From contig CM082594.2 of NCBI GenBank assembly GCA_040954595.2, forward strand, positions 3,643,319 through 3,707,318: a stretch of DNA of 64,000 bases. The letters run 5' to 3'. Of the stretch, positions 44,703 to 59,300 are shown in pieces (within the stretch, counting starts at the first letter, position 1; each line of letters opens with the position of its first letter). The notes beneath the pieces were generated by a model. It had not been told where the DNA came from and did no database searches. It worked only from the letters and a program-made list of their open reading frames with translations. Position numbers and translations under genes: made by a program. Origin of the DNA: Balanoglossus misakiensis (Eukaryota > Animalia > Hemichordata).

Positions 44703-47700
44703 GGGACGCAAATCATCATCGCTGATGAGTTCCGAGCCTAATGGTGTAGATACCAACTTAATTGCTATTGCCTGAGAAAAATGTGATCCGAAACCTTAAA
44801 TAACGTCTTGTGAGGGAAGATGACGAACAAGCGCAAGTTTGGATGAATGTTGCTTAACTACGATCACCAGTAATGAGTATAGTAACGCATCCGCGTCATC
44901 AGCTTTGTCAGGGATAATCATTATATATTTGGAGGAGGGGTAGTCTCACAACGCTAAAATTGGCACCTTGTGCATGACTTGTCTCAATGGGATGTTTAAA
45001 GGCACGGTGCTTTCTGTGCCATTATTATAATTTATTCTTAGGGGCTAACAAACGCTTCTATGAAAAGAAAAAAACGGCGGTCCACTAATTTGATTAATGC
45101 GATATGATATGTTTCATTAGTGTACTTACGCACGGCACAATATTATCTTTAAACTATCGCATTATTAATCTCCATAATTCTCATTCTGGAAAACCGTACA
45201 TATTACGCAGATACAACATGACCGTTTGCTACATCATGTGGCGAACGATTGAAGCCCTTTATTTTGGAGACACAGAAGGTGTCAGCATCTTACATCTTCG
45301 AGTCCAACAGCCTACGTAATGTTAACCCTTTCACCAAAATGGTTTGGTCCAAATCCATTGTTTTCTATGGTAAAGTTGGACCTCCAAAGAGGGAAACGGG
45401 GTAAAGGGGTTAAATGACACCGCATACAGCGAAAATCTTCCACGACCGTGCCATTTAAATTCCGCGAAGCGTCTGGCGCAATTATATATTCTCTTTCATT
45501 TCTTCGTGACGGCGATTGCGTGGCAAATGTGTGGAATTCTTTCAACAAACACGACGATCTGTCGGGCGTATAATGGATGAGATTCCTAACAATATCAAAT
45601 GTCTTCTTTTTAAGTGGGGGCAAACCGCGCCAAAGTTAGGTGAATACTTCTGTTTAAAAAAGGTCGGCACCTGTTCAAATTGATGCCCACACAAAGACTT
45701 GACTGAATAATTGCGAATCTTGGTTGACTGCCTCAGTTGACTGTATTTCTACAGACAACACCGCCTGACATGCACTGTGGAATGCATTTTATAAGTAAAC
45801 CAAAATAATGAACCAGTCAATGAAGAAGAGTTCAATACACATCAACGAACAACCTGTCGACTCCCGATTTAGTTTGACATTTCATGTAAATATATCTGAC
45901 CTATGACCTGTGTTCTTTAGAATATTGAACGAGTATGATTGCAATCATTTTTCAACACCCCGTACAGGGACGCGATGTTGTGCCCTTGAGTATGTCCGCG
46001 TTACTTCTTATTGCTTCTCCATTACCCTTAGTGATGAGTATCTGCAATTTTTTTCTGTTGTCTGTCGAATTGCGGTTGAAATAAGATTAATTCAGACAGC
46101 CAATTAATTTATGTGATTTCACTGCAATTAATTTATTACCATTCCTCTTCTTTAAAAAAATACATGTGCCATCACTGAAGAAAATCCCATGCTTTTCATG
46201 GGTATACTCTAACCATAGTTTATATTTTCGTCAAAGCAACCCACTAAACGCTGAATCGTGAGACTTATAACGTTACATGTATGTTCTTGTTGGGAAGACA
46301 AAGCGAGTATTCCCACGGTAATAGCGCATGCTCTATACGATACTCAGATTTCATGGAAACCGGCCGCCAGTGGCTACCAATGACACTTTCAGCAGAGATT
46401 GGTCGTCTACGCTTACGGGTATAGCTTTCCGTTACGGGATCCGTTCTGTGCTATGAGAAGTACACGCACTCCCGTTTTGTTATCACGTGACAGAGACGGT
46501 TGCACATACTGAGGCCGCTCTCTATTATACCTCGATGGTTTTGATGAAATAAATTTGGGGCGAAGTCAAGTCAGTGACATTACGAACGAAATTTGCGGAT
46601 GAATCTGGCTTTCCAGGAAATTTGCTGATGCGTTTTCGCTTTCGTCAGCGTGTCGCCAGAGGGTCCATCTCCACACGCTGTAATTATGGATATTCATTTA
46701 TACAGAATTAACATGTCATATTAACATAAACAAACGCGTGGCCTTGGTCCCATTTCGCTCTGACGCGTGCAATATCTGCACCGTTTCATACCTGTGGCAG
46801 AAATTAATGTTGCTAGTTTCCAAGAAACTGTTTCACAGTCCTGTATGTAGAAATGATTAATCGGTGAAAGCTCCGGGTATGCTCCGCTGAGCTTGTCGAC
46901 TCGAGCGGCCGCCCGGACGGCGCAGAATCCACTCAGTGCTGTGTGAGGTTGCCCGGTTCACAGTGATGTCACCGCAAGATTTCCTCATTATGCATATATA
47001 TTGCTGCGAGCCGTTTACTCACGCCTGCCTTTAAACGTCAGTGCCCATATTTGTGAGAGCACAGACCCGCTAGAGGTGGTGGCGGCTCTCCGTATATACA
47101 TTCGTAGAGGAACAACGCTCTCTTAACACGGCCGGAATCTTTGCCTACGCCGAGTTGTGGAAATTCGGACTACTTCATTCAACCACTGACAAGGTTGTTA
47201 GTTTTTTCTACGTGTCATTTCGACTTTGCTGTCGCTGAATAACGTTTTTAACGTCTAAATTCCGACTCGGATGAAATGGCCGTTATGTTCTGCATGGACG
47301 CTAGTCAAAAACCTCGCTGTACGTGAACTTAATTACGTTGTCGCTCTTTTAAAAAATCATGTCTTTCAGTTTTTATGATCTAGCTTACAGAAATTCTCTC
47401 ATCGCCAGATACGGTTGCCATGGTGATATGATCCCGGCTTAACCTGTGGAGGGACATTAAACTCCCGCACGCGGCATCAACACCTCACCACGCCAGTTTT
47501 CCCGCGTAGGAGCATCAGGACTCTGTGCCTTCACGTAGCAGGTTACACAGTCAAAGAACCACAGCAGGGAAAAGGGCAGGTAAAAAATTTAAATTGTTTA
47601 TGATACAATGTAAATGTTATAAAATCGAATTCAGATAACAAGCTTCCGCGCAAACGAAAGGTGCGGTGAACCACTGCAGGGTGTCAAATGAACCAACACT

Positions 47701-48364
47701 CGCGTTATTTGTCAGTTGACGGCGGTTCAGTATTTTGAATTATGACTTTCGGTGTACCAGAAAAATAAAAACATGTCATCTGCATTGCCGTTCAGGTGAC
47801 CTGAATTGAAATATTGATTTCCACGCCACTTGTTTCATTACGCGTATCATAGCTAAATAGCTCGGGGTCGGCGAACCGCTTTCATGAAATTATAACGCAC
47901 TAATTTGATGTATTGACCAAAACGCATTCGTTTGATTGGAGTGACGTAATTCTATGGAAGCGGAGATCACGCGGAAATGGTGCCGTTTAAATGGCGGCGA
48001 CTTGTCATCTGGTGGTCCGTTACTAGGGCCGGGGAAAAGCTAGAGTGTTATTATTTTTGGGTAATTTTAGCTTTTGTTATACGTTTAATCCCTCGTCGGT
48101 AACTATTCGAGGCATGCGCGATATTGTTAAGAAATGAAGAGAAAACGTATGGTTTGAAAAATTACAATTTTCTGCAGCTGGAGTTTGTAGTTATAAAGGA
48201 TGAGGGATCTTGATATTTATGTTTTTGTATAATTTGTGGCAAAACCATTAAGAACTGCGGTGCATGACGAAGACAAAGTGGTAAAAGGAGGTTTCGTTGC
48301 TTTGCTGCGGATGAGGTCTTATCCAAGCATTATGTTACACAGAACCAGGCGATCCCTATACTAC

Positions 48365-48780
<416 letters not shown>

Positions 48781-48799
48781 CTTGAATATGATGCCTCCC

Positions 48800-48834
48800 A
48801 TGATGATGATGATGATATAACAACAACAACAACT

Positions 48835-48886
<52 letters not shown>

Positions 48887-48938
48887 CCACCATCACCACC
48901 ACCACCACCACAACAACAACAACAACAACAATCATCAT
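48800..48938. repeat. Compound trinucleotide repeat (GAT)n-(CAA)n-(CAT)n-(CAC)n-(CAA)n
   Basis: Directly visible. Confidence 0.97.
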
Positions 48939-49711
48939 AGGCCTGGGAAAAACTCTTTGTCTTTACATCCACTCATTTCTATAAATCAATGTTAATGACA
49001 TAAGACTCTATAAGCGTCTATCAATCTGCAGTGATAGCCTCACGCATTGTTTTAACATTGGTTTGTTTTGACTCGCTGTATTATTAGATGTCAATAGTGT
49101 ACTGTGCTAACTTGGGACTCGTTTTATCCGTGTTATATCTATGACGGATTCAAAATTAAAGACCGCGATTTACTGTAACACCACACTTGCTATACGCAGC
49201 ACGTTTTGCTTCTAACTCGTTTCAGTTACACAGTCACTCACACGCCCTTCACTGAAACTGGAAGGATTGTGCGAGTTTGTGAAATACCCGCATGCAAAAA
49301 TTGACACCGCAAAGTCAATGTGAAAGGGGGGTAATGAAGCCCGTTGTGGTTAGCTCTTGCGTTTTTAAACATTGATTTTAGCGGCACTTATGTTGTACAG
49401 CTCTTATCGCCTTTTTGCAATCTTCCAAAAGGCATTTAGACCGCTTCTCAAAATGTTTTTTTTATCTTGACAAACCTTTTAGACAATTTTGTCTTCCGTA
49501 TCTCACTTATCACTCACAAGAGGATAGGCAGAGATCTAGAGTCTTTTGTTTGTTGTCACTATCTGTTCATTCATCGCAAGCGAGGCCCGCAGGACAGGCG
49601 TGCTGGATGTCGACCTGCCCACAAAGCGCACCGGGCTCGTTTTATTTATCACAATTTACAATCTCGACGGAGAAAGGGGTTGCCGTAAATTGATCAATTC
49701 TGATGTCGGGG

Positions 49712-50340
49712 TTTTTTTTTTTTTTTTTTTTTTTTTTATATTTATAGCTTTTTTTATTGCAGTCAAAAAAACAAAGACAAGTACAGATACAAAAACAAAA
49801 AACGCTGGAAAAAATGTGATATTTTTGTAATCCTTTACAATACCGATCAGTCAAAAATATGTCTAAAGTCTTCCCACTTCTTTACATGTTTATCTAGTTT
49901 TCCAGTACGTTTGGCTATAAATAACTCTACCTTATAAATGCCATGGAGGAAAGATTTATAATGAAAGAAGTATGGTAGTTTTTTATCACATTTACAAATG
50001 TAAATAAATCTCTTAGCAGTCAAAATGAGAAAGTTACATAACAAAGATAGAGTACTATCTCCAAAGAGAATTTGTTCAGCAGTCATGGAATGGAAGGAAA
50101 GGTTACCAAAATATCTTCCACAGGAATTAAAAATTCTATGCCAAAATCCAATAACAAACTCACAGTTATAAAACAGATGTAAGATAGTCTCGTTATCCTT
50201 TTTGCAAAATGTACATACAGAGGAAGGAGCAACCTCAGGCTTCATCTTGTTTAAATAGTAATTAGTCATGAGGATGTTATGAGTCAACTTCCACTGGAAT
50301 TCTCTAATTTTGACATCCAAGGTAAGTTTAAACGGGAGTT
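49712..50340 (-). mobile_element. 5'-truncated L1/Tx1-clade LINE: ORF2 C-terminus, 3' UTR, poly(A) and TSD
   Basis: LPFKLTLDVKIREFQWKLTHNILMTN...CTFCKKDNETILHLFYNC (C-x2-C-x8-H-x4-C, zf-RVT type); stop at 49849-49847; AATAAA near 49755; 26-nt poly(A) at 49712-49737; TSD tgtcgggg(tttt) at 49704 and 50341. Confidence 0.95.
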
Positions 50341-53300
50341 TGTCGGGGTTTTGTTTATATACGTTAAAAAGCAACGAATTGACGCTGTCGCTAGAATCGC
50401 ACCAAGTTTGACCAGAATATATAGGTAATATAATAAAATTGTGATGCTGAAGTCACCTGGTAGCGCAGAAAACAAGCTTGAAGAAAGGTCACTTTACTCA
50501 CAACACCCCAACCAGTCAGCTAACAAGGAAACCGTTGTGCGTGCAGTTAAGCTGTTGGAAATTGCTACATGAGACCCGCTAATGGAGAGGTTGGTAGACA
50601 TCCCCTTTATACCCGACACAATTTCTCGCCGGGAGATCTTTACACGGCGCTCACGTTGGCGAAGATCTGGCTACAAATAGTTTTTTGTGTCTTTAGAAAA
50701 AAAAAACCTCCCGCCAGTGTTCTCATGAGGTGCTGCGCAATTGTCGAACAATGCCTAGCTTTTCCTCAAGGAAATGCGATTTTGAAGTCAGTCGGGATTG
50801 CTTGATGCGATGCAATCATCCGTTAAGCATGTTGGCTTATACACTGACCTGTTTTGTGTGTGTGAAAGCAAACTGAAACCCCGCGCCTTGAGTTTGCGCA
50901 TCCTCGCGTTTTTATTTTGACTTTTGAAAAGCAGGCGCCTAAGAGCTGACCGCCATATCCACAGATTGTGCTGATTGAAAAAAATATCGGGGAAAAATCC
51001 TTTGCGGTTCATTTTCGCCGTTTCATGAAACAAATTTTCTCGAGAAATTATATTAATTAGCTCAGAATTCTCATTGATAACAAACGGAACCGTAAATTTC
51101 CACGCTCATTAGTATTTCCTAATATAACTACGGGCGTTCTGTTACCATAGCAACAAGACGGCCATCGTCGGACATGTAAAGGTCCTGTTCTTCCTTTAAG
51201 GGAGTTGGGATTCGGCAAGCTGAACACATGGGCATGATTGGGCGCCGATGATGATGTTGAATTTTTTCTAAAGCTCTTATTCCCAAAGAGCCATGGGCAA
51301 GGGGTATCATTTATCGGTTCTGTGAATGTTTGCTCTGTTGATTCAGACTTATGTCTGTAGCCTTACAATAACTAAACAAAATATTTTTGATTGACACGCA
51401 TGCGTCGACGATGATTTTTATTACGGTTACCCGTCGAAATTTTCACAGAAAAAGAAAACAATTCGGACCAGTACACTTTGCAGTTGTCCCTTGCACCACA
51501 AATATACATTTACCATATGCGACGGTGTGGATTTTCCATATAAAAATCCACATTTGATATTAGTAAAACGCACCGATATGTTAACATAATACAAGAGAAT
51601 AAACAACAGCGGCAACAGCAAAAAGAATATTGTTTATTCCCGTTTTTTTAATCTACTGTCTGTAAACAAACCCGGGATGCCAATGCGCTCCGGATTGAAC
51701 TTGTGCAGGTGGACCCACAAGCGTCCAGATACCATTCATATCCACATGGATCCCGCGCTATTTTGTACGGCAGTACGTACAACACACTGGCACACAGTAT
51801 AGAACACACTTTTACAGCGTGGAAAACATCCCAGCACGACAACAGGAGAGCCATACAGACCCGCAGGCAAATACCATTACATTTGATTCAGGCGGACCCG
51901 GTGTTTCGAACTCTAGGAGGGATATACCCGAATTAGATTTTAGTATATCTACATGTATACCCTGAGAGTAAATTATTCTTGGTCATCGAAACCAAACAAA
52001 AAGCCGCAACAGTCATTTACCCTTTCGCAGAGAGGACCTGTTATTAAGGACGTACTTGAACAAGCAGGTATAAAGATGGAGCGTGTATGCCTTGGTTTCT
52101 TCGGATCTAGGAACACGAAGATGAAGGAGCTAACTGGGGAGCCAGGGAGGATTGAAGAGAAATGCATCACCTGTTTCAGAAGTGTCTAACTGAAAGCAAA
52201 TTACTGCCGAGGCTAGGGAGACCGGAGTAGGTGACAAGAACACCACTGTTTCTATTTACACTAAAGCCTCGACATTGTAAAGCATGCCGCCTATGAAAGA
52301 TGTATGTATGCAACGGCATGGCTCTTCATGATTTGCACGTTAGTCGACCGTACCCAACAATCAGCTTGTCTTCAATGTATATTTGCATATTCCGCTGTTG
52401 CTGGCCTCAGGATCTGAGGATCTGGACCTCTGTTGATTTGCACTTGAGATTAGAGAAAAGGCAGACCAGATATGCCTTACTATTCCCCTTTGAACCTCGT
52501 GCATTATTGCATTGAATTTCCCAAATGGATAAATGCGGGGGTTACATTCCAAATACACTTTTGAAAAACATTTGGTTTTGTGTGTGTTTCATATTAATTG
52601 TGGTACGCATGTTAACACTTTCCCGAACATTTTTGCTTGACGCGAACAATATTGGCCGCACGGATGCGTACTTCAACAAAAATGAATTCAAGAACAAGCG
52701 CTGAAAGAAGTGTCCCCTTCCCCATAATTTGTGATGGCTGTAAACGCGAGCAGATGTGCGCGGTAACTGTGACTGAAGGCCGTCATTTAATCCAAAATGA
52801 AGTTAACGGCAGACTGCCTTCCGTAAGACATCTCACATGCTTTCCACATGCACCATTGACACGTGTTCCACCGCACTATATCTTATATCTGTATACCCAA
52901 GCACTTATCTATCCAAAACACTTTTTATCAAAAGGATTTCAATGTGGAATTCGTAAAGAGGACAATTTTGTTCATTTTAAACTAGTGTAATGTCAGTGGC
53001 ACTCGGCCAAATAAAATTGTGGCTACCGTTTGGACATGATAGCCCAGCAAGTCAAATGCCCGTAAAAGTGACATTACTTTGTGTAAGGAATCCTTTAGTT
53101 AGTGGTATTGAGATCAGCAGTCCACGTTATGCGTGCCCTTGTGAAATCCAAATGTCGTGTGCATTTTCTGTGTAGTTTGACCGTCAATTAAAATTTCCAT
53201 TAGCGCGAACGCCGTGTGCACCATCTGCGGTGCACCAAGCTAATTTCGGGACGTCGCCGTGGCAACCGTGTTCAATGTAAAATTAATACCGTTCCAGTTT

Positions 53301-56300
53301 CTTCAAATTGATAAATTGTCCTTGATGAATAAATTCACTTGGGTGGTGAACAACGGCGTGTAACGCGGCGAAAAGGGCATGCAATCGGTGTGTACTGTGA
53401 CGAACCGATTGACAATGCAGCATTCATTACAGTTAACCGCTGTCACTTCCACTACGACAATGTCGAAATTCTAAGATAAGTCACTCACACTACGGGGAAT
53501 TTACATTTTACATTCATACGCTGTGATACAATGTAGTCGTATTTGTTTTTCTAAGAATTTTTGATCGGTGGAACTGCGATTCCTTGTACATTACTCCCCG
53601 ACGTGTGGTGAAATGCCAAATAGATATTTTGTCCGAAATATCTTGTATTAGGCATAATGCAGTGCGCGTTATTATTGAGTCTGAACCCAGACTCAAGTTT
53701 GACTATTATGACTGCAGATTTTTTTTATGTTTGTCTCAAAAAAGCGAATTGGTAAATAAATTGTGATTTAGAGTGGTTCTCCGTTTGGTGAGTTACTTTT
53801 TCCTCGTAAAATTTCGTAACCCGAAACTTCCTTGATGAAAGAAATGTACGACTCGAGCGATTTCAGCTCAATTCGTGACGCAAGTTGTACTGTACGGAAC
53901 ATAACAGGTCTAAGGCAATCCAACTCTAGACTCACATCAGTGGAGAAAATCACCAAACGTTTTCCAGAGAAACTACACCCATCTGTTCACACAGCGCAAA
54001 ACGTGATCCGATATGAGGATTTCACAAAACGAACGCGTCTTGCCGACAGCGCTATTAGCTTAGCAGAAAATCACCTATCCATGACACAGGATTAACTCAT
54101 TTTTTTCTCCCAAATGCCCGGTAGCTAGAGTTACAGCAAGCTGTACATTATCCATTTTCACCTAAATATCACGAGACGCGGATTAATACATGTACAGCTG
54201 CCCTAGGGATAATTGACACATATTCCGGATTACATTGTGTCTATCTCAGCACAAACTAGTTCCGTTTAATAACCAGTTTTCTGACAAAACGATATGATGA
54301 CGACAGAAATTTCTCTTCGACTGGTACGATAAACGATTAACCTATCAGATTTCGATGTAGCCCAGATAAGTCAAAGACGCTAGAAAGGAGATTGAAAGGA
54401 ATCCAAAGTGTTCGATTTTAGACAAACAGAAACCTTAACTTACTGGCCGTTCCATAAATCTGGGAGATTTCTCGTGTCCAGCTAACAATAGTATTCATAT
54501 TGGATTGCGAGTTAAATAATTAATATCGGAGTTAATAACACCATATGTGGGCAAATACTAACGAGTCAAGAACGAGATCATCACATACATGTATGTCACT
54601 GAAATACCGCGAAAAGAATTTGACTTTGAGACTTTCTAACCGTTAGGGGTGTGCGTGTGTTTGCCTTTTGACCTCACCAGGAGACAACAGGGAAATAATG
54701 AATCCAAAATGGCGGATGAATTTGGAAAAGGTTTTATTGCCTCATTGGTTAGCTAACATACAATGTACAGCAGCTTTACGGGCAATATTAACATTTGGCG
54801 TTGTGGCTCTGCACGATTTACCAGCGCGGCATCATAGGACTTCATAGCCTATGGACACAACAGGAGGTCATCGCCAATATGTTTATAGACGTGCCGTGCG
54901 GGACAAAATATTGGGATATTTGCGAAGTCGTTCCACAGCTCACGAGATCCCTGTCGTCCTGGTAAAGTGCCATTCGCTTAAAAAACCCATCAGTAGGATG
55001 ACGACTAACGTCATTGACGGCTATTTATAGTCACATAACGTCGTTTAATAAAATGGAAACCTTTGGGTGTTTTCCTGCATTGCTTACAAGCCATAAGGAC
55101 GTCCCGAGGAGTACGGTTATTATCATAGTTAAAATACACCGGCGTAAATAAGATACACATGAGCCTCATTCAATAAACCATGTGCAGTTTAACGGACGCA
55201 CAGAATAAAACTACTGCAGTTGGCAACCTGATTATACATTATACAACCCACCAACCCTCTTAAAACGAAACTAACGCTTGTGAAAACGTCGTGCGTGCGG
55301 CAGTTTTAGGATAACGTATTAGCCAATTAGGCAAATTAAAGTTGTTCTGGCAATATGTGTGTAGTAGGTAATCTAATTAATGTGCGTGATTAATCGCTGC
55401 AATTATGGACGAGACTGCCATCATGGCATTTATATAACCCGTTAAATCAAATTGTCACAAAACCCCAAGGTCACCTGCGTATCGGGTGCGAATATATATG
55501 GTCGATACATAAATTAAACCTTTCTTCAGGACCAGACCATCGAATAAAAGTAGGGCACAGACACGCGTTTACATAATCGCTTCAAATCTTGTCGGAGATT
55601 TAGAAAATAACCCAGAAAGAGGAGAGAGACCGACTTCGTATAACCGGAGATTGTGGGCTGCGGGGCCGCTTCGTCCCATGGGGAGCACAGATCACACCTG
55701 TACCGGGGACTGAAATCAATATTTGTTGTTGGGAACTACGTGCATGCTATTTGCTTCAAACATTGCGTTAATATACCATGGTAAACAGCCATTAGGGTTT
55801 GGACCACCGGCACCAGTTTATCGCTCAGACTTCACTCTGATAAATTGTGCTCTCAATTATTCATCTACAACCGATCTTCGAAATTGGCATTTTTTTGTTT
55901 TCTTTTACCCCATTTAGAAATTGCAGTCTCACTAACGTCTAACAACATTACGACACTTACGCTAACAGCCACTTAAATATCATTTTCCTCGTAGACGAAT
56001 CTCACCACGAATCTACAAATGGACGATGCGCTGGAAACGTTTCGGACAGACTCCAACGTCCGTTTTCAATTACCAATATCCTGGTTGTGTATTTTAATAT
56101 AGACGCGTGGGCGTTGTAAGGTTTTACGGTGAGAGGGTGGAGAGCGGTTTAGTGATACACACCTCTCGAAAGTCAGGTTTCGTCCTGAAACGATCTGAAC
56201 TTGGCCTGTACTCTAGGGGAATATAAATATCACTGATCAATGGCTATGTCGCCATTGTGTGCCGCCACATCCGGGTCCATTGCATGTATGCAAAATAATC

Positions 56301-59300
56301 GATCAGAAAATAAATTATGTCGAATAAAGATGAACTAATAGACGCATGAAAACTTAATATAGCTACTGGGTCGAAATAGACACATTGCACGTTTCCATGG
56401 CTTCCGATCTCCGCGCGGCTACACCATTTACCTGTAATAGTCACTGTAGTTATGTGTTTGCAGTCAATATTGAACTTTTCTATCAGTATAAAATTAGAAT
56501 AGTGTTTTCAATGGGTTTTCAAGTTTCTGGGTACACTCGATTATTGGTGCGGTATTTCATATAGGGTTAGCATTACCTATTAGATTAAGTGTAATTACAT
56601 ATTGGGGTGGTATAGCTCTTATACATTCGTTCCCAGATATCAAACGTGAGAAGCTGGTGGAAGAAAATCTCATTGTATACCTTGCATTGGCTTTCAAGGG
56701 GGAATGAGCGAATAGTGTAAATTTACTACTTGCACATCTTCCGATTAGTGGCGTTGACACGCGAAACAGAAATATCGGAACGGGAAATGGCTTTTGTGAT
56801 CTGGGATATGAAGCCTTACGTACATGTAAGGCGTTTATGCGTTCATTAATCGGAAATTAAAAGACGCGTATTAGTAGCTGTTGACACTTTTGCTGCTTCC
56901 GTAGTAAGTTGGCTTTGTGGCCACCGGCCGCGTGTATCGGAGGATTCTGGAGAAGGTGGAGACGGCTGTACATCTCGGTTTGGAGTAGGCACTCCAGAGA
57001 GAAGAATAAGGAAAGATGGGGTTTCCGTTATTTTGAAATTTCATTATCTTGTCTAGGGTGTGAAATATTGAATTGTGTATTCTGTGCGTGGGTTGGCTGG
57101 ATATGATGTACTTGAATCGCATGCTAGGGACAAACGCATAAATTAATTACACTGCAGTGAGAAAATGTGTACACCAAGGATTATATCCTTGGTCTGCGTC
57201 AAAAGGTGTGTAAAGGTTGACGTCATTGCCAAGAACTCTTCCACGAAAATATCAATGATGACTTTTAGACAGTGCAGAAAAAAGTTCATTTCTAAGCAGT
57301 CGTCAGTACGCATGTGCAGTGTTGCGATACCGAATGCACCTGAGTGAAAAGCGTTTGATGGCTGGTAAATCAAGATTCCAATTTAGATTCTCTAAAAGGC
57401 GAGCAAATCTTGTAAAACCTAGGTGAGTTATTCCGAATTAGGGTGAAGTGGCTCGTTCTGACAGCAACGGGACCGTTTTGCAATCAGCGGTAAACGAGTA
57501 CAGAAATTTGAAGAGTACCCGGTCGATTTCCATTCACCTCTATGACGGTGCAGCGAGCCACAGACGCTTGGCTAAATGGCGGGCAAATTGATGTAGCAAT
57601 TCTGACCGCGCAGCATTGCTACATATAGAGATGCCACGCAGACATTGCAACATTCCCGGTAATCTCGTCAAAGCCATCTGTTGAGAAGATGGACAACGGA
57701 TTCGCATTAACCAGCTAGGTCGCCCCGAGGCAATTCTAAAAATATTCCGATTGAAAAAAAAAACAAGAAATGGATTAATCGCTGATTATTCACCGGGTCG
57801 ACTTTGTCGATGGATTACAACTATTTCATACCGACACACTGTTGTGCGCCGCGCCCGTCTTTATCCCCGCAAATCAGAATGCCAAGCCTGTTGCCAATCT
57901 TAGAGCGCAGTATCGACACTGCAGGCAGACTCCCCAGATCAGACATGGTGGTGACCTGTTATCTACATTTTTATATTACACAATCTCTTTCACCAACTGG
58001 ACTAAAAGTCCGCATAACATAAATTATAAAACGACCAAAACTTCCAGTGCATATTGTATATGAAATTAGTATACTTTTTGCTGCGCGTAATATTTACATG
58101 TACAAACACACCATCTTAGGTGATACTACACTTTATATTTACAAAAATAGGAGATTGCACAGTACTGTTCCAATTGAAACGACTGGTAAAATGTGCACAT
58201 GTTTTAAATTCAAAATGGAGTAACTAAAGAGTTCGTAGAAACCCGTGTCACTGGTCATTCTGTAGTTCTTGAAAAAATACCCTACAGTATTTATTTGACA
58301 AGACAGCATAATTCTGTGAATGGCTTTGGAAATGATCTTCCTCGAGCATCGTCGGACTGCAAAGCTATCCTGACGACCTAGCATGACAGCGAAGGTTTTC
58401 AATTAACGTGAACGTACCTAGATAATAATTTCTGAATTTAAGTCACTACCAGGATTCATTTCTTAGCTATAGTGTCATGATTTGCAGTGCTTATTTTTTC
58501 TGGCATAGTTCTCAATTCGACGTTTGTGTTTCGTATTTATTTCAGACACGCTGGATTTAATTGCCATGCCAACCACGGCTTTGAGTAGTATTGAAGAATT
58601 GTGAATGAGTCAGGACGGGCGATGATGTGAGTATTCTTCCTCAAACATTAATATATGTTACATTTAGACAGGGTAAGCCCCGTCCAAAGGACGTTTTCGT
58701 TTGCTCCATTATTCTGGGAATTATTGTTGATGTGTGGAGTGTGTGTGATTGGTGGCCCCAATGTTGACATTATGACAGAGAACTTTACATATGGACGGCA
58801 CTTAGTTACTGATTGTCGCCCAATAATTAAACGTGGGGCAGTCATACGTGTATAGCTTCATTTGGCCATGGGGGTGTAATTTGGCCAACACGTGTGTTTA
58901 TATGAAGTGCATTTTTGTCACTTGTTGCTTTTTGTTCACCGTGTATTATATCCCAATGTGACATTTGAACAGCAGTTTAATACAGAATATCTGCCTGTAT
59001 CAGGTGAGCTGAAGCTGCAAAGCTCAGGTGGCCACCGTTGCACTCAGCTCGCCTTCAAACCCTGATGCTGGGTTAATGACGCCAGCGTATGTTACAAGAG
59101 TCTTGGGGTTCTGTAAACCACACTCGTGTGTGTCAGATTAGCATACAATGGGGGTAGCTACTTCTAATAAGGCTACGGCCACCTGGAAATACACGACTGT
59201 TGATTTAGTACCAGGAAAGCGCTGACATCATTTTGTTGACCTTTCAAGGATTCAATAAGTTTTTTTAGGTAAATGCCATCCCTGTTTATGTTTATCCCGC

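Noticed and set aside
44720-44800. ctgatgag...cgaaa hammerhead ribozyme-like core (also gtctgatgaaacg on the minus strand near 30670)
   Set aside because: No stem II or stem I/III pairing around the conserved boxes
50341-50374. N-terminal part (MLFNVYKQNPD) of the 175-aa ORF
   Set aside because: Lies outside the LINE, in the TSD and flank; the ORF is a truncated ORF2, not a standalone gene
58547-58626. Apparent exon between tttatttcag| and |gtgagt
   Set aside because: Stop codons in all three frames; could only be non-coding and there is no further support
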